A stretch of 28,180 bases of DNA from a virus (taxonomy: Duplodnaviria > Caudoviricetes), in the IMG/VR virus record IMGVR_UViG_3300021516_000014, positions 1 through 28,180 of that record, one strand, 5' to 3'. Positions 24,686 to 28,180 of this stretch are shown here, in pieces (within the stretch, counting starts at the first letter, position 1; every line of letters starts with the position of its first letter). Under the pieces are notes generated by a model that had not been told where the DNA came from, ran no database searches, and saw only the letters and a program-made list of their open reading frames with translations. The position numbers were made by a program, and so were the translations under genes.

Positions 24686-25416
24686 CCACAGCAATCGGAG
24701 TCGGAGCCGCTGGCTCATTAGCTGGCGCAGCAATGTCTGCATCGTCTGCTAGCGCCGCACGCCGACAGGCCGCCGACGCAGCAAACCTTCCTGGAATCAA
24801 CATTGGATCAGCGCTTGGAGAATCCTCATTGAACGCGCCGCGTGCCCGTGAAATGGAGGCTCAGCGAAATGCGGTCAGTCGCGCTCAGTTGCTGGAATCG
24901 CTCGGAATCCAAATCCCTGGATACCAAGAAGGCCAAGCTCAGCGCACTCAGAACGCGATGGCATTACTCCGTGGAGAGCTTCCTCCGGACGTGCTAGCTC
25001 AGGTTCAACGCAAGGCTGCTGGTAAAGCTGTTCAAGGGGGTTACGCAGGAAGCGCAGCTGGAAGAAATCTTGTGGCGCGAGACATCGGCAGGACCAGTCT
25101 TGATCTTAGTAATCTTGGAGGACAGCAATTTGCTAATATTATCGGCACGACTCCAATGGCCCCGTTAGCCAACTACGAATTTACGCCGCAACAGATCGCC
25201 TCACTTCGTGGAGGTGAGCGTGGCGCCCAGCAGCAGGCTCTCCTTGGAGTTGCCGGTATGCCGAGCGCAACTGGAGTCGCTGGTCAGGCATTCGGATCGC
25301 TTGGATCAGGTTTAACTAACCTTGGATTCGCGCAGCTTGGGGCGCAGTACAACAGACCTTACGGAGCTGGCGGAAACAACTGGTCCGGCGGAACAACCGA
25401 CGCTGGTGGATCGTAG
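24673..25416 (+). CDS. Putative internal virion / DNA ejection (pilot) protein
   Basis: MSFVATAIGVGAAGSLAGAAMSASSAS Gly/Ala hydrophobic N-terminus with a Gln/Ala/Gly-rich body, like P22 gp7 or T7 gp14-type proteins. Confidence 0.7.
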   Translation: MSFVATAIGVGAAGSLAGAAMSASSASAARRQAADAANLPGINIGSALGESSLNAPRAREMEAQRNAVSRAQLLESLGIQIPGYQEGQAQRTQNAMALLRGELPPDVLAQVQRKAAGKAVQGGYAGSAAGRNLVARDIGRTSLDLSNLGGQQFANIIGTTPMAPLANYEFTPQQIASLRGGERGAQQQALLGVAGMPSATGVAGQAFGSLGSGLTNLGFAQLGAQYNRPYGAGGNNWSGGTTDAGGS

Positions 25417-25427
25417 AAATTACTCTT

Positions 25428-26828
25428 ATGGCAAACCCTTTCTCAGGACTCGAAAATATCGGGCAGTCGTACCTCGCAGGCGTTCAGCTGGCGCAACAGC
25501 GTAAATATCAGGAGGAAGCGGCAGCGCAGCGTGCTGAAGATACGCGGGTGCGGCAGCAGTATTACACCCAAATGGGCACCGATCGGGAGGCTGCGTTGAA
25601 AGAACGTATTCAGGCGCGGCTTGATGCGGCAGCCAGCCAGTTTGGTCAGGATTTAATTTTAAATTCTCAAGGTTTACCCGACATCCCGGGATCCGCTTTG
25701 AAGCGCGATCGCCGTCTTCAATCCGATACGCTAGCAGGCGCGGAGGGGGAAATCGCTGCGATGTACGGAACCCAGCCGCCGTTATCTCCGGAAGTTATCG
25801 GAAGCCCAGCATACCAAGCTGGACGCCTACGAGGTACAGCGCGAACAATGGCTGACAAAAGAGCCGAGAACGTGGCATTGATTCGGAGGGGATTTATGCC
25901 GGTTGGTCAAGAACAGGATCAAGAGCTTCCACAGGGTGTAATAAACCAGATCGAGGGATTTTCTCCTGACATTTTTGACGGAGGTGGAGCGCCTTTAACT
26001 GAGGCTCCTATGGGTACTGGTGCGCCGTCTGGCGGTGGTCAACTGGTCACCATCAATGGCCGGCAGTACAGAGCTCCGGCTGCCAGAGCGTTAAAAGAGC
26101 AGCCTCTTGGATATGAGGAAGTAGAGACTCCTGGTGGAGGGAAAGTTCGCATGAATTTAACCCCTGAGCGAGTTAGGCAACTTACGGCTGCAAGGCTTGC
26201 ATCTGCTAATAAAGAGCCAGGAATCTTTGACGACATTGATGCCGCTGAAAAGCAACTGCAAACGATGCAGGATAAAGGCACTGAAGAATTTAACCTTGAA
26301 CGAGACAACCAAGGAAACGTGAAGGTTGTTAAGGATCAGACATTTTCGATTGGAAAATCTCCTGAGCAGATTCAGTCAGACCTCAATTTAGAGCGTGAAA
26401 AACGAGCAACTCGTCGCGGTATTAAAACTACAGGTTTGGGTACAGGAGCGCCTATGCCTCAAGGCAGGAATCGCGTGATGGATGTTCGATCTATTGCAGG
26501 GCTTCCCCCCATCGGACGCGGTAGAACCAACGCTCCAGTAGCCGCTCCAGGTCAAGTAAGACTTCCAGTTGATTCGCTTGCTCCAGCCAATTCCATGTCG
26601 AGTGAGGCGCTTTCGCAACTTGATCCAGAGGAGCTTCGCCAAGCCATGCTTGAAGCTCAGTCCGGCGGTATGGATCCCGCAGCTCTTGGACTTCAATTGC
26701 GTCAATCGCTTAATCAGGCAGGCGTTCCAACAGCGGCCGGAACCAACTCCTATCCATTGGGATTGTCTCCGGAGCAATTTGACGCAATCCTGCGAATGCC
26801 GCGTGGTCGTGCGCCCGTGGAACTCTAA
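25428..26828 (+). CDS. Putative internal virion / ejection protein
   Basis: 466 aa, MANPFSGLENIGQSYLAGVQLAQQR, helical and low-complexity, Cys-free. Second gene of the ejection triplet. Confidence 0.6.
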   Translation: MANPFSGLENIGQSYLAGVQLAQQRKYQEEAAAQRAEDTRVRQQYYTQMGTDREAALKERIQARLDAAASQFGQDLILNSQGLPDIPGSALKRDRRLQSDTLAGAEGEIAAMYGTQPPLSPEVIGSPAYQAGRLRGTARTMADKRAENVALIRRGFMPVGQEQDQELPQGVINQIEGFSPDIFDGGGAPLTEAPMGTGAPSGGGQLVTINGRQYRAPAARALKEQPLGYEEVETPGGGKVRMNLTPERVRQLTAARLASANKEPGIFDDIDAAEKQLQTMQDKGTEEFNLERDNQGNVKVVKDQTFSIGKSPEQIQSDLNLEREKRATRRGIKTTGLGTGAPMPQGRNRVMDVRSIAGLPPIGRGRTNAPVAAPGQVRLPVDSLAPANSMSSEALSQLDPEELRQAMLEAQSGGMDPAALGLQLRQSLNQAGVPTAAGTNSYPLGLSPEQFDAILRMPRGRAPVEL

Positions 26829-26834
26829 TTTACT

Positions 26835-28180
26835 ATGGCAATCGAGATCGACTTTGGACGCGAGCTGGGTCGGTTAGCGTTCCCGGATGACATTACGGAT
26901 GAGCAGGCTCAGTCCTACGTTCGTGAAAATTATCAAGCGATCCGACAAGGACTTCTTGGTCAGCGGCAGGAAGAGCTAGCAGCTGAGACGCAATCACAGG
27001 AAGCGGCAAAGTACCGCGCCGGCGATTACGGGACGTTGGAAACTATTGGGGCAACCATTGCTGAGCTTCCGAAGGCCACGCTTAGCGGCCTTGGTCAAGC
27101 CGCAAAGGGGTTTGCGAGGGTTTTTGAGTCAGGTGATCCATTCACTGAATCAACTCCTCAGGAACAACGGAGAATGGTTGCTCAAAGTCCGTTTACTACG
27201 GGGGGAGAGAATTTAATTTCAGCTGGTCAGGCAATGCCTTCTTTGCCTGGAGTCGAAGAGAGTATCCCAGCTCAGATTGCCGGCGGCGTAGGAAGTACGC
27301 TGTCTGTACTTCCAGGTGCGCTTTTAGCGGGTCCCGTTGGAGCAGGCGCTCTCTACGGATTGTCCGCAGGTGAAGCTGGAGCTGAAGATGCCCGCAGAGT
27401 TATTAACCGACGCATCGCTGAACGGCTTGCAGCTGGTGATTCACAAGGAGCTGAGGATCTTCAAGCGCAGGCGTCGCAACTGGAATCTCAATCGTTCCTC
27501 CTAAATGCTGCCATCGGCGGTGTGTCAGAGGGTGTGCTTGGTGTCGCAGGAAAAATCCGTTACGGAAAATCCAATATCGGCGGCGTTGGAACTCGCCTCG
27601 CCGAACGAATGATTCCGAAAGCTGCTAGCTTGCGGACTCAGAACATGATTCGAGGCGGCGTAGAGGGTGTCGTTACAGAAGGTCTTCAGGAATCATTGGA
27701 GCAGTCCATGGGCAACATGGCTGCCAAGGTTACCTACGAACCTGAGCGCGGTATCATGGATGGCGTAGCGCAGGCTGGATTTATTGGCGCTGCGACCGGC
27801 GGACTTGTTGGTGGCGCCATTGGATCTAAGCGGAATCCAAACCTCGCCACTGCAAACGCAATCGCCGAGGCCACGGGCGCAGATCCCGCAAACCCGCTGC
27901 CGCGTTCAACAGCAACTGTTTCTGGTCTACAAGACGGGCCTCAATCCATGGGACCGATCGACATCGAGCCCGAGATCACGCCGGAAGATGTCATGCGGAA
28001 GTCTCAGGAGGCCGGCTTAGCTGGTCAGGAGGAAGTGGTTACTGAGCCCGTCCCGAAAGTTACACCTGTGCCTGCACAGCCGCAGGTTGATGTCGTTCGT
28101 TTGGATGACCTCCGCAAAAAAGCTAATGCTGGCACGATTAATCCAGATGAGCTTGCGGAGTTGACCTTAATGCATCAGAC
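26835..28180 (+). CDS. Large internal virion / ejection protein, N-terminal part (runs off the window)
   Basis: Not in the ORF track. Hand translation MAIEIDFGRELGRLAFPDDITDEQAQ...IAGGVGSTLSVLPGALLAGPVGAGALYG...EGVVTEGLQESLEQ...GAATGGLVGGAIG. Gly-zipper hydrophobic segments and EG..E..Q motif typical of large podovirus core proteins. Confidence 0.75.
   Translation, partial: MAIEIDFGRELGRLAFPDDITDEQAQSYVRENYQAIRQGLLGQRQEELAAETQSQEAAKYRAGDYGTLETIGATIAELPKATLSGLGQAAKGFARVFESGDPFTESTPQEQRRMVAQSPFTTGGENLISAGQAMPSLPGVEESIPAQIAGGVGSTLSVLPGALLAGPVGAGALYGLSAGEAGAEDARRVINRRIAERLAAGDSQGAEDLQAQASQLESQSFLLNAAIGGVSEGVLGVAGKIRYGKSNIGGVGTRLAERMIPKAASLRTQNMIRGGVEGVVTEGLQESLEQSMGNMAAKVTYEPERGIMDGVAQAGFIGAATGGLVGGAIGSKRNPNLATANAIAEATGADPANPLPRSTATVSGLQDGPQSMGPIDIEPEITPEDVMRKSQEAGLAGQEEVVTEPVPKVTPVPAQPQVDVVRLDDLRKKANAGTINPDELAELTLMHQ

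Noticed and set aside
1-28180. tRNA, CRISPR array, integrase/att site, intron/intein or stop-codon recoding
   Set aside because: None seen. Genes are intact and tightly packed under the standard code, with TAA, TAG and TGA all used as stops.

Overview
The window is a 28 kb segment of a tailed dsDNA phage with a podovirus-like virion, probably aquatic. A PVC-superphylum (Verrucomicrobia/Planctomycetes-type) host is suggested but only inferred. Both ends cut through genes. There are four alternating transcription blocks. (1) Minus strand, 1-4183: replication genes (TOPRIM primase/SF3 helicase fusion, two small proteins, VRR-NUC nuclease, SF2 helicase). (2) Plus strand, 4245-10321: RHH regulator, a ~200-nt hairpin-dense leader, the putative major capsid protein, a terminator, fibre genes including an S74-chaperone fibre, and a holin/spanin-like cassette with no visible endolysin. 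(3) Minus strand, 10322-16931: large terminase, SSB, two Cys-motif proteins, portal and scaffold-like protein. (4) Plus strand, 16975-end: tail nozzle, beta-helix tailspike with FCCH-like repeat inserts, adaptor, cupin-like protein and internal virion/ejection proteins. The most interesting unexplained elements are the structured RNA-like leader before the capsid gene, the compact palindromic divergent promoters, exact G-rich junction repeats bounding AT-rich modules in the fibre gene, and Cys-rich patches in many virion proteins. All calls come from manual motif reading; no database searches were run.
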